Shown: piece after piece, positions 29,283 to 38,249 of the stretch
Layout of the letters: every line of letters begins with the position of its first letter
How positions within the stretch are numbered: position 1 is the stretch's first letter
NCBI GenBank assembly: GCA_963702475.1
Contig: CAVPCT010000003.1
Span: forward strand, 896,001-960,000
Length of the DNA stretch: 64,000 bases
Origin: an uncultured Thermoleophilia bacterium
GTDB lineage: Bacteria; Actinomycetota; Thermoleophilia; UBA2241
Direction of reading: 5' to 3'
Program-made: the position numbers and the translations under genes
The notes under the pieces: generated by a model
What the model was told of the DNA's origin: nothing
What the model saw: the letters and a program-made list of their open reading frames with translations, nothing else
The model's database searches: none

Positions 29283-30302
29283 ATGCGCTTCAAACGCTTT
29301 CTTCTCACAGTCGGCGCCGGGTTCCTCGGCGCGGCCATGCTCCTGGTCGGCGCCACGGCCATCGGGTGGGTCGGCGGCGGGGACGCCTCCGGCAGCTCCG
29401 ATTCGACCTCGTTCGCGTCCTTCAAGGCATCCACCGGGCTCACCCCCCAGCAGATCTACGACGAGAACGTGGGCAGTGTCGTGGAGATCGTCACCACGTT
29501 CCCGGGCGTCACCGACATCTTCGGGCAGAGCTCCGGTGGTCAGCAGGGCCTCGGCAGCGGCTTCGTGGTGTCGGAGGACGGCTACATCCTCACCAACGCT
29601 CACGTGGTGAGTCAGAACGGTCAGACGGCCGCCACCGTCGAGGTCGTCTTCAAGGCGAACGGCGACCAGCAGACGAGAGTGCAGGGCACGGTCGTCGGCG
29701 CCGACGACTCCACCGACGTGGCCGTGATCAAGGTCGACCCGAGCCAGACCGGCGATCTGCGGCCCGTCGAGATCGGCGACTCCTCCAGCGTCAAGGTCGG
29801 CGAGCAGGTCGTGGCCATCGGTAACCCGGTGGGCCTCGATTTCACCCTCACCACCGGCGTGGTATCGGCCACCGATCGGGAGATGCAGTCCCCCGACGGC
29901 AGCACCATCACCGGCGGCATCCAGACCGACGCGGCAATCAACCCCGGCAACTCGGGCGGCCCCCTGTTCGATCCCGCCGGCAAGGTGATCGGCATCAACG
30001 AGCAGATCAGCACGCAGTCCGGCGGCAACGAGGGCCTCGGCTTCGCGGTGCCCATCAACACGGCGATGCAGGTCCTGGAGCAGATCAAGGCCGGCGGTCT
30101 TCAGCAGGCCGAGGGTCAGGAGGCGGCTCCGTCCACCGGGTCAGACCCCTACAGCGACCCCTACGGCCAGGGCTACAGCGACCCCTACAGCGACCCCTAC
30201 AGCGACCCGTACAGCGACCCGTACAGCGACCCGTACGGCCAGGGCTACAGTGACCCCTACAGCGACCCCTACGGGCAGGGTCTCGGCGGCGGTCTGTACT
30301 GA
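29283..30302 (+). CDS. S1C (HtrA/DegP-like) serine protease lacking PDZ, with Tyr-rich repeat tail
   Basis: GSGF, ILTNAHVV, DVAVIK, IQTDAAINPGNSGGPL; N-terminal TM/signal. Confidence 0.92.
   Translation: MRFKRFLLTVGAGFLGAAMLLVGATAIGWVGGGDASGSSDSTSFASFKASTGLTPQQIYDENVGSVVEIVTTFPGVTDIFGQSSGGQQGLGSGFVVSEDGYILTNAHVVSQNGQTAATVEVVFKANGDQQTRVQGTVVGADDSTDVAVIKVDPSQTGDLRPVEIGDSSSVKVGEQVVAIGNPVGLDFTLTTGVVSATDREMQSPDGSTITGGIQTDAAINPGNSGGPLFDPAGKVIGINEQISTQSGGNEGLGFAVPINTAMQVLEQIKAGGLQQAEGQEAAPSTGSDPYSDPYGQGYSDPYSDPYSDPYSDPYSDPYGQGYSDPYSDPYGQGLGGGLY
30141..30284 (+). repeat. 12-bp coding tandem repeat encoding SDPY x9 interspersed with GQGY/GQGL
   Basis: AGCGACCCCTAC / GGCCAGGGCTAC units, 12 consecutive tetrapeptides. 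Confidence 0.95.
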
Positions 30303-30462
30303 GTCGCCGCCCAGCCCCGCTGCTCGCGGAGGGCCGGGAGCCTCCCGGGAGGCTCCCGGCCCTCGGCGTGTGGATGCAGCGTCGCGACCGGGTAAGAAGT
30401 CGAAGAAGCGGGCGCGACCCACGCTCAGGAGGGGTCGCGCCGGACCGGCGTGGGGGGCCAAC

Positions 30463-30750
30463 ATGGCGTTCGTGCTCATCGAGCATAAGGTCGGCGACTT
30501 CGAGACGTTCAAGGCCGTCTTTCTGGACGATGCCGATCGCCGCAAGCGCTTCGGTTCGCTGGGCGGGTACGTGCTCAGGGCCGCCGACGACCCGGATGCG
30601 GTCATCGTCCTGCTGGAGTGGGACACCATCGAGCGGGCCCGGGACTTCGCGCTGTCCCTGGACCTCCACCAAGCTGCCGAGTGGTCCGCCACCGGCATCT
30701 CCACCCCGCGTGTGGTCGTGCTCGAGCGCGCCGTGGATCCGCCCTTCTGA
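30463..30750 (+). CDS. Small dimeric alpha/beta-barrel (ABM/cyclase-like) protein
   Basis: LIEHKVGDFETFK..F.....R...G..G..V.R..DDP..V.VLLEW.....A..F. Confidence 0.75.
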   Translation: MAFVLIEHKVGDFETFKAVFLDDADRRKRFGSLGGYVLRAADDPDAVIVLLEWDTIERARDFALSLDLHQAAEWSATGISTPRVVVLERAVDPPF

Positions 30751-30811
30751 GGGTGCGACGACAGAGGAGGCCGCCCGCGGCGCGGGCGGCCCGAAGAACA
30801 GGAGGCTCGCC

Positions 30812-31132
30812 ATGAGCGACGGACATCTGCCCGGCGTGTATGTCAAGTTCCGCGAGGCGTATCCCGGCGTGGCCGGCGCGCTCGACGGCCTCGGTGAGGC
30901 CGTCGACGGGTCCGGCCCCCTTGATGATCGCACAACCCGTCTCGTCCACCTTGCTCTCGCCGTGGGCGGCACGGCTGAGGGCGCGGTGAAGTCCAACGCC
31001 CGCAAGGCCCTTGCCGCCGGCGCGACGCCGGAGGAACTGCGTCACGTTGCGGTGATGGCCATCACCACCAACGGGTTCCCCACGGCCATCGCCGGTCTCG
31101 GCTGGATAGACGAGGTACTCGCCGCCGATTGA
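30812..31132 (+). CDS. Carboxymuconolactone decarboxylase (AhpD-like) family protein
   Basis: GPLD.RT..LV.LALA.G...EGAV....RKAL..G.T.EE.RH; AGGAGG RBS. Confidence 0.88.
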   Translation: MSDGHLPGVYVKFREAYPGVAGALDGLGEAVDGSGPLDDRTTRLVHLALAVGGTAEGAVKSNARKALAAGATPEELRHVAVMAITTNGFPTAIAGLGWIDEVLAAD

Positions 31133-31287
31133 GCGACGAAGCGGGCTCAACGACGGGTGCAGCGAAGCCGCACTCGTCACTGAGCGACGAAGCGGGCTCA
31201 ACGACGGGTGCAGCGAAGCCGCACTCGTCACTGAGCGACGAAGCGGGCTCAACGACGGGTGCGCCGCAGGGGCACTCGTCAGTGAGC
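31130..31287. repeat. Three tandem 51-bp double-hairpin repeats (REP/BIME-like) between convergent genes
   Basis: Unit TGAGCGACGAAGCGGGCTCAACGACGGGTGCAGCGAAGCCGCACTCGTCAC starts at 31130, 31181 and 31232, with a further TGAGC at 31283. Confidence 0.9.
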
Positions 31288-31321
31288 CGCAAGGAGCGCC
31301 GGCGCCAGACGGCGCCGGGTG

Positions 31322-32010
31322 TCACCAGCCGAAGCGCCCGCCGTCGCGGGCGCACTTGTCGCGGCAGATGTGGTCCATCGCCGCGCGCACGGTGCGCGCC
31401 AGGAGCCACCCGACCGTGGTGGCCGAGCCTGCGTACTCCAGGTCGGCGCCGGCGCCGGTGCAGCCGATCACCACGCTGTCGGTGCTCGTCCCGGCGACGA
31501 GATCGCCATCCGGCGTGCGTACGTCCCAGGCGGCGAGCGTCAGCGCCTTGGCCTCGGTCGCGGTGATGACGGCGTTCACCATGGCCGCAGGCGTGAGCGC
31601 TCCCTCGACGACCGCGACGATGTTGATGGTCCCGGGGAGCACCGGCGCCGGCGGCGTGACTCCCGCGGCCGCCACGTTGCTCAGGCCCATCGAGACCACG
31701 GAGGTGACGCGCAGGTCGCCGGCCTGCGCCGTCCGCGCGCAGGCGTACTGCGTCTCCGCCGCGGTCATCAGACCCACGAGCCGCCGCACACCCCGCGAGC
31801 CGCAGCGAACGCCTCCAGGTCGTCGGCCGGCCGGTCGCCGGCGTAGTCGTCGCGCACGTGGACGTTGAGGACGTCCCGCGTCGTCCCGAACCCGCCGCCG
31901 GCCACCGCCGAGCTGAGCGTGTGGAGCGGTCGTTCGCTGTGGAGGTGGACGGCCGCCGCGTCGATGGTGACCGTGATGCCGGCGACGACGTCTGATGCGA
32001 GCTCCTGCAT
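31322..32010 (-). CDS. cbiZ: Adenosylcobinamide amidohydrolase CbiZ-like, one frameshift near 31785 (pseudogene or sequencing error)
   Basis: LSSAV.GGG...VLN.HV in one frame; VGLMTAA, GLSN, GTINI, NAVITATEAK, GTSTD in another. Confidence 0.82.
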
Positions 32011-32145
32011 GGTCGTTCCTGTGGTCGCTTGGCGGACGCGCGCAATCGTACCGCAGTCGTGCCGCGTCCGCGGCGGAGGTCTCCGCTGCTCCGGGCCCGG
32101 GTATGAACAGGATAGAAATTGTCCAATTAAGCCCGGGAGGCCGCC

Positions 32146-32988
32146 ATGTCAGCGCTGAGAGCCGCCGACCTGCAGACACCGCTCGCGAGGCTCCTTCACG
32201 CCCCGCGGTACGAAGTGATCCCCGTGAAGGGCATCGAGGACAAGGCCGCGGCGCTCCCGCCGGGGTCCACCGTGACGGTCACGGCCTCGCCAAGCCACGG
32301 GTTCGTGCGGACCCTGGAGGTGAGCGAGCGTCTGGCCGCCGCAGGCTACGACGTGGTGCCGCACTTCTCGGCGCGCATGATCTCCGGCAGGGACGAACTG
32401 GCCGCTGCCGTGGCCCGCATGCGCGCCGCCGGGATCTCGGAGGCGTTCGTGGTCGGCGGCGACGCGTGGCCGCCGGCCGGGGACTTCTACGACGCCGGCC
32501 AGGTCCTGGAGGCTCTCGCCGAGCTGCCCGACCGTTTCGCGCGCCTCGGCGTGGGCGGCTATCCGGAGGGACACCCGTCCATCCCCGACGACAAGCTGCG
32601 CGACGCGCTCCTTCGCAAGCAGGAGCACGCGGACTACGTCGCCACGCAGATCTGCTTCGAGGCGGGCGTGCTGGAGAGCTGGATCGAGGAGATGCGTGGC
32701 CTCGGGCTCAGCCTGCCGGTGGTCGTCGGCCTGCCGGGCGTGGTCGACAGGAAGAAGCTTGCCGAGATCTCTCTGCAGACCGGGGTCGGCGCCTCGGTGC
32801 GGTATCTCATGAAGCACGGGCGCCAGATGGCGCGGCTCATGCGACGCCGCACCTTCGACCCGACCCCTCTTGCCGGCGCCGTCGCCGCGCGGCTCGACCG
32901 GCCCGGTCTGGGCATCTCGGGCGTCCACCTCTTCACCTTCAACCAGGTCGAGGCCACGCGGGCGTGGGTGCAGGCTTCCGCGACGTGA
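32146..32988 (+). CDS. metF: Methylenetetrahydrofolate reductase family protein
   Basis: VPHFSAR, FVVGGD, GVGGYPEGHP, L.RK...A.Y..TQ.CF, H.FTFNQ. Confidence 0.8.
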   Translation: MSALRAADLQTPLARLLHAPRYEVIPVKGIEDKAAALPPGSTVTVTASPSHGFVRTLEVSERLAAAGYDVVPHFSARMISGRDELAAAVARMRAAGISEAFVVGGDAWPPAGDFYDAGQVLEALAELPDRFARLGVGGYPEGHPSIPDDKLRDALLRKQEHADYVATQICFEAGVLESWIEEMRGLGLSLPVVVGLPGVVDRKKLAEISLQTGVGASVRYLMKHGRQMARLMRRRTFDPTPLAGAVAARLDRPGLGISGVHLFTFNQVEATRAWVQASAT

Positions 32989-33169
32989 CACATCGCACCT
33001 GAGGTCGGGTCGTCTCAGACGTCCCGACGGCCCCGTCGCCATGCGCACTGAGGTGGGGGAGCCGGGGGGCGTGGCGAAGCCGGACGCCGTCTCCCGGTAC
33101 AATGCCGGGTGGTAGCGGGCGGGACGTCACGGGAGGCCGGCGCTGGGCGGCGATGCACATGAGTACGGA

Positions 33170-35194
33170 GTGATGCCTGCGTGGACTCCCGCGCGTCCGC
33201 GCCTGCGGCTGCGGCGGGTGCTGGTGAGCTGGGGTACGGCGGCCCTGGCGGTGTGGGTGGCCGCCATCGTGGTCCCCGGCGTCGCCGTCGAAGTCATGGG
33301 CGGGGCGCTCCTGGCGGCGGCCCTCATCGCGGTGTTCAACGCGCTACTCCCTCCGCTCATCGCCTCGCTGCGCCTGCCGTACACGCTGGCGCTGGGGTTC
33401 GTCCTGGTCCTCCTGCTGGACGCGTGGATCCTGCAGCTGACCGCCGACCTCTCGGACCATACTTTCGCCGTGCAGTCGTTCGGTCGGGCGCTGCTCGCCG
33501 CCATCGTCATCGCGGCCGCCACGGTGGTCCTCGAAGTCCTGTTCGGGACGAACGACGACGATACGTACACGATGCGCGTCACGCAGCGGATCGCGCGGCG
33601 CTCGCGTCAGCGGACGGTCACCGACGTGCCGGGGATCCTGTTCCTGGAGATCGATGGCCTGGCGGCGCCGGTGCTGCGGCGCGCCATGCGCGACGGCCAC
33701 GCCCCGTACCTCGCGCGCTGGGTGGCCGACGGGACGCACCGGCTGACGGAGTGGGAGACCGACCTGTCGTCGCAGACGGGTGCCTCCCAGGCGGCGCTTC
33801 TGCTGGGCTCCAACGACGATATCCCCGCGTTCCGTTGGGTGGAGAAGGAGTCCGGGCGGGTGATGACGTGCTCGGCACCCGCCGACTGCGCCCTCATCGA
33901 AGAGCGGCACTCGAGCGGGCGTGGGCTGCTCGCCGGCGGCGGCTGCAGCCGCGGCAACCTGCTCTCGGGCGACGCCGACGAGGTCATCCTCACCATCAGC
34001 AGGCTCTCCGCGGAGAAGCGCGCCAACCCGGGCTACCGCGCCTTTTTCGCCAACGGCTTCAACGTCACGCGCACCCTGGTGCTCTTTCTGTTCGAGGTGG
34101 CGCTGGAGTGGACCGCGGCCGCGCGCGGCATCCGCCGCGACATCCGCCCGCGCGGCCGCCGCGGCGGCAAGTACCCCTTCTTGCGCGCCGGCCTGGCCGT
34201 CGTCGTCCGGGACCTCGCCGTGTACAGCGTCCTCACCGACATGATGAAGGGCAGGCCGGCGGTGTATGCGTGTTTCGCCGGCTACGACGAGGTCGCGCAC
34301 CACTCGGGCCTCGAGCGCTACGACGCGCTGGAGGTGCTGCGCAAGATCGACCAGCAGATCGGCCGCATCGACCGGGCTCGCGCCTACGCCGCCCGCCCGT
34401 ACGAGATCGTGGTGCTGTCGGACCACGGTCAGACGCAGGGCGCGACCTTCCGGCAACGCAACGGCTACGGGCTGGACGACCTGGTGCGTGCGTCCGTCGC
34501 GGCGGGCGACGTGGGTGGCTCGGCGACGGGCGACGAGAACGCCACCGTGGTCAAGCGCGCCTTGCAGGAGGCGACAGGCGCGCGCTCGCGTCACCCGGGC
34601 GGCGAGCGCGCGGGAGTGCACGACGTGGTCGTCCTCGGCTCGGGCAATCTCGGCCTCGTCTACCTCATGGAGGAGCCTCGGCGCCTCACGCTCGAGGAGA
34701 TCGAGGCGCGCCACCCGCGACTCATCCCGGCGCTGCGCGAGCACCCGCAGGTCGGCTGGCTGCTCGTGCGTTCGGCCGCACGCGGGCCGCTGGTGCTCGG
34801 GGCCCGCGGCGTCAGGTATCTCGCCGACGACCGCGTGGAGGGCGAGGACCCGCTGGCCGGGTTCTCCGCCAACGCCGCCCGGCACCTGCGGCGCAGCGAC
34901 GGGTTCGCGCACGTGGCCGACATCGTCGTGAACAGCTTCTACGACGAACAACTCGATGAGGGGTGCGCCTTCGAGGAGCTGATCTCGTTCCACGGCGGCA
35001 TGGGCGGATCGCAGACGCGCGCCGTGTTGTTGTACCCGGCCAGCCTGCCGCTGCCCGACGGACCCATCGTGGGCGCGGAGGCGGCGCACCGCGTGCTCGC
35101 GGGCTGGCGGGCGCTGCTGCAGGAGGCGCCGGGCGCGCGGCAGGCGCCCGCGGGCGTGGCGGACGCGCCGCACGCGGCCCCGGCGGGTCCGTGA
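33170..35194 (+). CDS. 4-TM 'phage holin family'-like membrane domain fused to an alkaline-phosphatase-superfamily (type I phosphodiesterase) domain
   Basis: N-terminal four TM; LEIDGL, SQTGASQ, YDEVAHHSG, LSDHGQ, HGGMGG.Q. Confidence 0.85.
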   Translation: MMPAWTPARPRLRLRRVLVSWGTAALAVWVAAIVVPGVAVEVMGGALLAAALIAVFNALLPPLIASLRLPYTLALGFVLVLLLDAWILQLTADLSDHTFAVQSFGRALLAAIVIAAATVVLEVLFGTNDDDTYTMRVTQRIARRSRQRTVTDVPGILFLEIDGLAAPVLRRAMRDGHAPYLARWVADGTHRLTEWETDLSSQTGASQAALLLGSNDDIPAFRWVEKESGRVMTCSAPADCALIEERHSSGRGLLAGGGCSRGNLLSGDADEVILTISRLSAEKRANPGYRAFFANGFNVTRTLVLFLFEVALEWTAAARGIRRDIRPRGRRGGKYPFLRAGLAVVVRDLAVYSVLTDMMKGRPAVYACFAGYDEVAHHSGLERYDALEVLRKIDQQIGRIDRARAYAARPYEIVVLSDHGQTQGATFRQRNGYGLDDLVRASVAAGDVGGSATGDENATVVKRALQEATGARSRHPGGERAGVHDVVVLGSGNLGLVYLMEEPRRLTLEEIEARHPRLIPALREHPQVGWLLVRSAARGPLVLGARGVRYLADDRVEGEDPLAGFSANAARHLRRSDGFAHVADIVVNSFYDEQLDEGCAFEELISFHGGMGGSQTRAVLLYPASLPLPDGPIVGAEAAHRVLAGWRALLQEAPGARQAPAGVADAPHAAPAGP

Positions 35195-36561
35195 GCGGCG
35201 CGCAGGCGCGTCCGGCAGCCGCGGCCGCGGTCGAGCCGCGCCTTCTCGACGACGAGGCGCGCCGCGCCGCTCTGGCGGCGGCCGGCTCGCGACTCCTTCT
35301 CCTCCTGGTGGCGCTCCTGACCACGTACACCGTGGGCGTGCGCGAGCGGGCCCTCTATCTGAGGGACCCGGCGCACGCCGAGGCGCTGCAGGGCTTCGTC
35401 GGGCGGCTGTTCGCCCCGTGGGCGCACTGGGACGGAGTGTGGTTCGTGCGCATCGCGGCCGACGGGTACGCGGGGTACCCGCACAGCGAGGCGTTCTTCC
35501 CCCTGTACCCGCTGCTGCTGCGCGGGCTCGCGGCCGGCGTGGGTGACTACGTCGTCGCCGGTCTCGTCATCTCGCTGGCCTGCTACTCCGGCGCCATGGT
35601 GGTCCTGTTCAGGCTCGCCCGTGCCGAGCTCGGACCGCACGTCGCGCTGTGGAGCGTGGTGCTCGTCTCGGTGTTCCCGACGGCGCTCTTCTTCCAGGCG
35701 GTGTACAGCGAGGCGCTGTTCCTGCTGCTAGCGCTGCTCGCCTTCTGGTGGGCGCGCCGCGGCCGCTGGGCGCTCGCCGGCCTGGCCGGCATGCTGGCCG
35801 TGCTCACGCGCAGCGTCGGTCTGCTCTTGCTGGTGCCGCTGGTCGTGTTCTGGTGGGAGCAGTGGCGCGGCGCGCCGCTGTGCCTGCCGGGCGGACCCGT
35901 GCTGCCGGCGGCGGCGGGGGACGACGGCGGTCCCGGACGGCCGGCCGAGGCCGCGCCGTCGTCCGGCGCGGGCGCGCTCTCGCAGCACCGCCTCCGTCGT
36001 CCCTCGCGCCTCTCCTGGCTGTGGATCCTCCTGGTACCGGCCGGCCTGGCGCTCTACATGGCGTACCTGTGGCTGGCGTTTCGGCAGGCCATGCTGTTCA
36101 GCACCGTGCAGGCCGCCTGGGGCCGCGAGCTGTCGCTGCCCACCACCGCGGTGTGGCGGGGCGCCGTGACGACGGCGCGCGCTGTCGCCTGGCTCGTCGT
36201 GCACGGCCCCGCCGCCGTGCTCGGCACGCACACGGCATCCGGTGGCCTGGAGAGCGACGTCATCGCCAACGTGCTCGAGTTCACGGGGTTCGCGGCAGCG
36301 GCGGCGATGCTCGCAGCCTGCTGGCGCAAGCTGCCGGCGGCCTGGACGCTGTACGCGCTGGCCGCCCTGGTCTTCCCGCTGCTGTACTCCAGCGAGGCGC
36401 GGCCCTTGTACAGCCTGCCGCGCTTCGTGGTCGTGGTGTTCCCGCTGTTCGTGGGCGCGGCCGCGGTGCTGGCGCCGCGCCCGCTCTGGCGCTGGCTCGT
36501 CACGGCCGTCTTCGTGACGCTGCTCGCCTTTTCGACCGCGCTCTTCGCGAGCTTCATCTGA
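35191..36561 (+). CDS. GT-C mannosyltransferase, PIG-V-like family
   Basis: WDGVWF..IA..GY, AFFPLYP, FP...F...YSEALF, L.R..G, PRF....FPL. Confidence 0.88.
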   Translation: MSGAQARPAAAAAVEPRLLDDEARRAALAAAGSRLLLLLVALLTTYTVGVRERALYLRDPAHAEALQGFVGRLFAPWAHWDGVWFVRIAADGYAGYPHSEAFFPLYPLLLRGLAAGVGDYVVAGLVISLACYSGAMVVLFRLARAELGPHVALWSVVLVSVFPTALFFQAVYSEALFLLLALLAFWWARRGRWALAGLAGMLAVLTRSVGLLLLVPLVVFWWEQWRGAPLCLPGGPVLPAAAGDDGGPGRPAEAAPSSGAGALSQHRLRRPSRLSWLWILLVPAGLALYMAYLWLAFRQAMLFSTVQAAWGRELSLPTTAVWRGAVTTARAVAWLVVHGPAAVLGTHTASGGLESDVIANVLEFTGFAAAAAMLAACWRKLPAAWTLYALAALVFPLLYSSEARPLYSLPRFVVVVFPLFVGAAAVLAPRPLWRWLVTAVFVTLLAFSTALFASFI

Positions 36562-36600
36562 CGGGCGTGGCGCACCGGCAGCGCCCGCCCGCCCCTGCCG

Positions 36601-36900
36601 CTAGGAATCGTCGCCCGCCGTCTCGCCGGGTCCCGGGCGGTGCCGTGCGCCGAGCTCCTCGGCGAGGACCTGCTCGAACCCCGCCGGATCGCGCTCCGGC
36701 GGGTCCGTGAGGTCCTGGGACTCGGTGACGGGGCTTCCATCCGCCTCCACGGCGACCACGCGGTCGCGCCGTGCGGCCTCGCCCTCGGCCACACGCGGTA
36801 CCGCATCCTGCGCCCGCCGCTGCAGGCGGAAGACGAGCAGCCCGAGCCCGATGACCACGGCCAGCACGAGCACGGTGACGATCACGGTGGTCCCGGCCAT
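36601..36900 (-). CDS. Small single-TM hypothetical protein
   Basis: GGAGGAGG RBS, hydrophobic N-terminus, acidic tail. Confidence 0.65.
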   Translation of the reverse strand: MAGTTVIVTVLVLAVVIGLGLLVFRLQRRAQDAVPRVAEGEAARRDRVVAVEADGSPVTESQDLTDPPERDPAGFEQVLAEELGARHRPGPGETAGDDS

Positions 36901-37268
36901 CCCCACCCCTCCTCCCGGACGACTGCCTGTGAGCGATCGGTCATAGACACTCGTCCCATTGGTCGCCGACGCTGTGAGGACTATCGTACCTCCCGGGGCC
37001 GACCTCCCCTCTTTGCATTGACTCGCCAGGCTTTGCATGCCCGGTCGGCCCTGGACTCAGGGGCGGCCCGTTCCGCGGGCCGCCTCCCTTCTTTCTTCAT
37101 CTTTCCCTCGCACCCGCTCTGCGCAGGAAGCGTCCCCGTGGCGGCGAAGTCCCTCGCGGGTCGCCCGGAGGGGCAGGCGTTCGCGACGCCGCCCGCCCGG
37201 GCCATGACCGCTGTCCGCGAAGGCTGCGGGCGCCGCTTCCGGCCGCCCGCGACGAGGAGGTGTGACGG

Positions 37269-37460
37269 CTGGACGTCAGGATCGACAGAGACGCGTGCAC
37301 CGGCTGCGGTGCGTGCGAGGAGACCTGCCCCGACGTGTTCGAGGTGGGCGACGACGACATCTCGGTGGTCATCGCCACCGACACGGCGGGTCACGAAGAC
37401 TGCATCCTCAGCGCGGCAGAGGAGTGCCCGGCCGACGCCATCAGCGTCGATGAGGGCTGA
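37269..37460 (+). CDS. Monocluster ferredoxin (apparent CTG start)
   Basis: (L/M)DVRIDRDACTGCGACEETCPDVF...AAEECPADAISVDEG; AGGAGG 8 nt upstream; absent from the ORF track. Confidence 0.88.
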   Translation: MDVRIDRDACTGCGACEETCPDVFEVGDDDISVVIATDTAGHEDCILSAAEECPADAISVDEG

Positions 37461-37541
37461 GGGCGGCGGGTTGAGAAGCACAGCACCCGCCCCCATACTC
37501 AGGGCTCGGCTTCGAACGACCGGCAAGGGAGTCTCCGTCTG

Positions 37542-38249
37542 ATGATCGTGTTCGAAGACGTCACGAAGATCTACGACCCCGACGTGGTCGGCCTCCAGGA
37601 CTTCACCTGTCACATCGGCAAGGGCGAGTTCGTGTTCCTCGTGGGGGCGTCCGGCTCGGGCAAATCCACGCTCATCAAGCTGGTCCTCAAGGAGCTCCGT
37701 CCCGACACCGGGCGCATCCTCGTGGCCGGCCGCAACCTGGGTACGCTTCGCGGGAGCAAGGTGCCGCTGCTGCGGCGCAACATCGGCTGCGTCTTCCAGG
37801 ACTTCAAGCTGCTGCCCAACAAGACGGTGCACGACAACGTCGCCTACGCCCTCGAGGTCGTCGGCGAGCCCAAGCGTTCCATCCGTCGCAAGGTGCCCGA
37901 GATCCTCAGTCTCGTCGGCCTCAGCGACAAGGTCGACAGCTACCCGCACGAGATCTCCGGCGGCGAGCAGCAGCGCGTCTCCGTGGCCCGCGCGTTCGTC
38001 AACCATCCGCCGCTCCTCCTGGCCGACGAGCCCACCGGCAACATCGACCCCGAGACGGCCGTCGGCATCATGCAGTTGCTCGTGCGCATCAACCGCACCG
38101 GCACCACCGTCGTCGTCGCCACGCACGACCGCGACATGGTGAACCGCATGCGCCGCCGCGTGTTGCAGCTGGACGGCGGCCGGCTGGTGCGCGACGAGCG
38201 CCGCGGCAGCTACGACCAGGTGCCTGAGGCCGAAGAGGCGAGTGTCTGA
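37542..38249 (+). CDS. ftsE: Cell division ATP-binding protein FtsE
   Basis: GASGSGKST, RR.IG.VFQDFKLL, SGGEQQRV, ADEPTGN.D. Confidence 0.95.
   Translation: MIVFEDVTKIYDPDVVGLQDFTCHIGKGEFVFLVGASGSGKSTLIKLVLKELRPDTGRILVAGRNLGTLRGSKVPLLRRNIGCVFQDFKLLPNKTVHDNVAYALEVVGEPKRSIRRKVPEILSLVGLSDKVDSYPHEISGGEQQRVSVARAFVNHPPLLLADEPTGNIDPETAVGIMQLLVRINRTGTTVVVATHDRDMVNRMRRRVLQLDGGRLVRDERRGSYDQVPEAEEASV

Noticed and set aside
30141-30284. CRISPR or non-coding repeat
   Set aside because: These are 12-bp in-frame units inside the protease CDS.
31130-31287. CRISPR array
   Set aside because: Units are head-to-tail with no unique spacers, and there are no cas genes in the window.
32010-32146. Cobalamin or SAM riboswitch between cbiZ and metF
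   Set aside because: No B12-box or SAM-I core recognised; the region is short and looks like a divergent promoter.
33170-33560. Prophage inferred from the 'holin' domain
   Set aside because: No phage genes nearby; the domain is fused to a phosphodiesterase-type enzyme.
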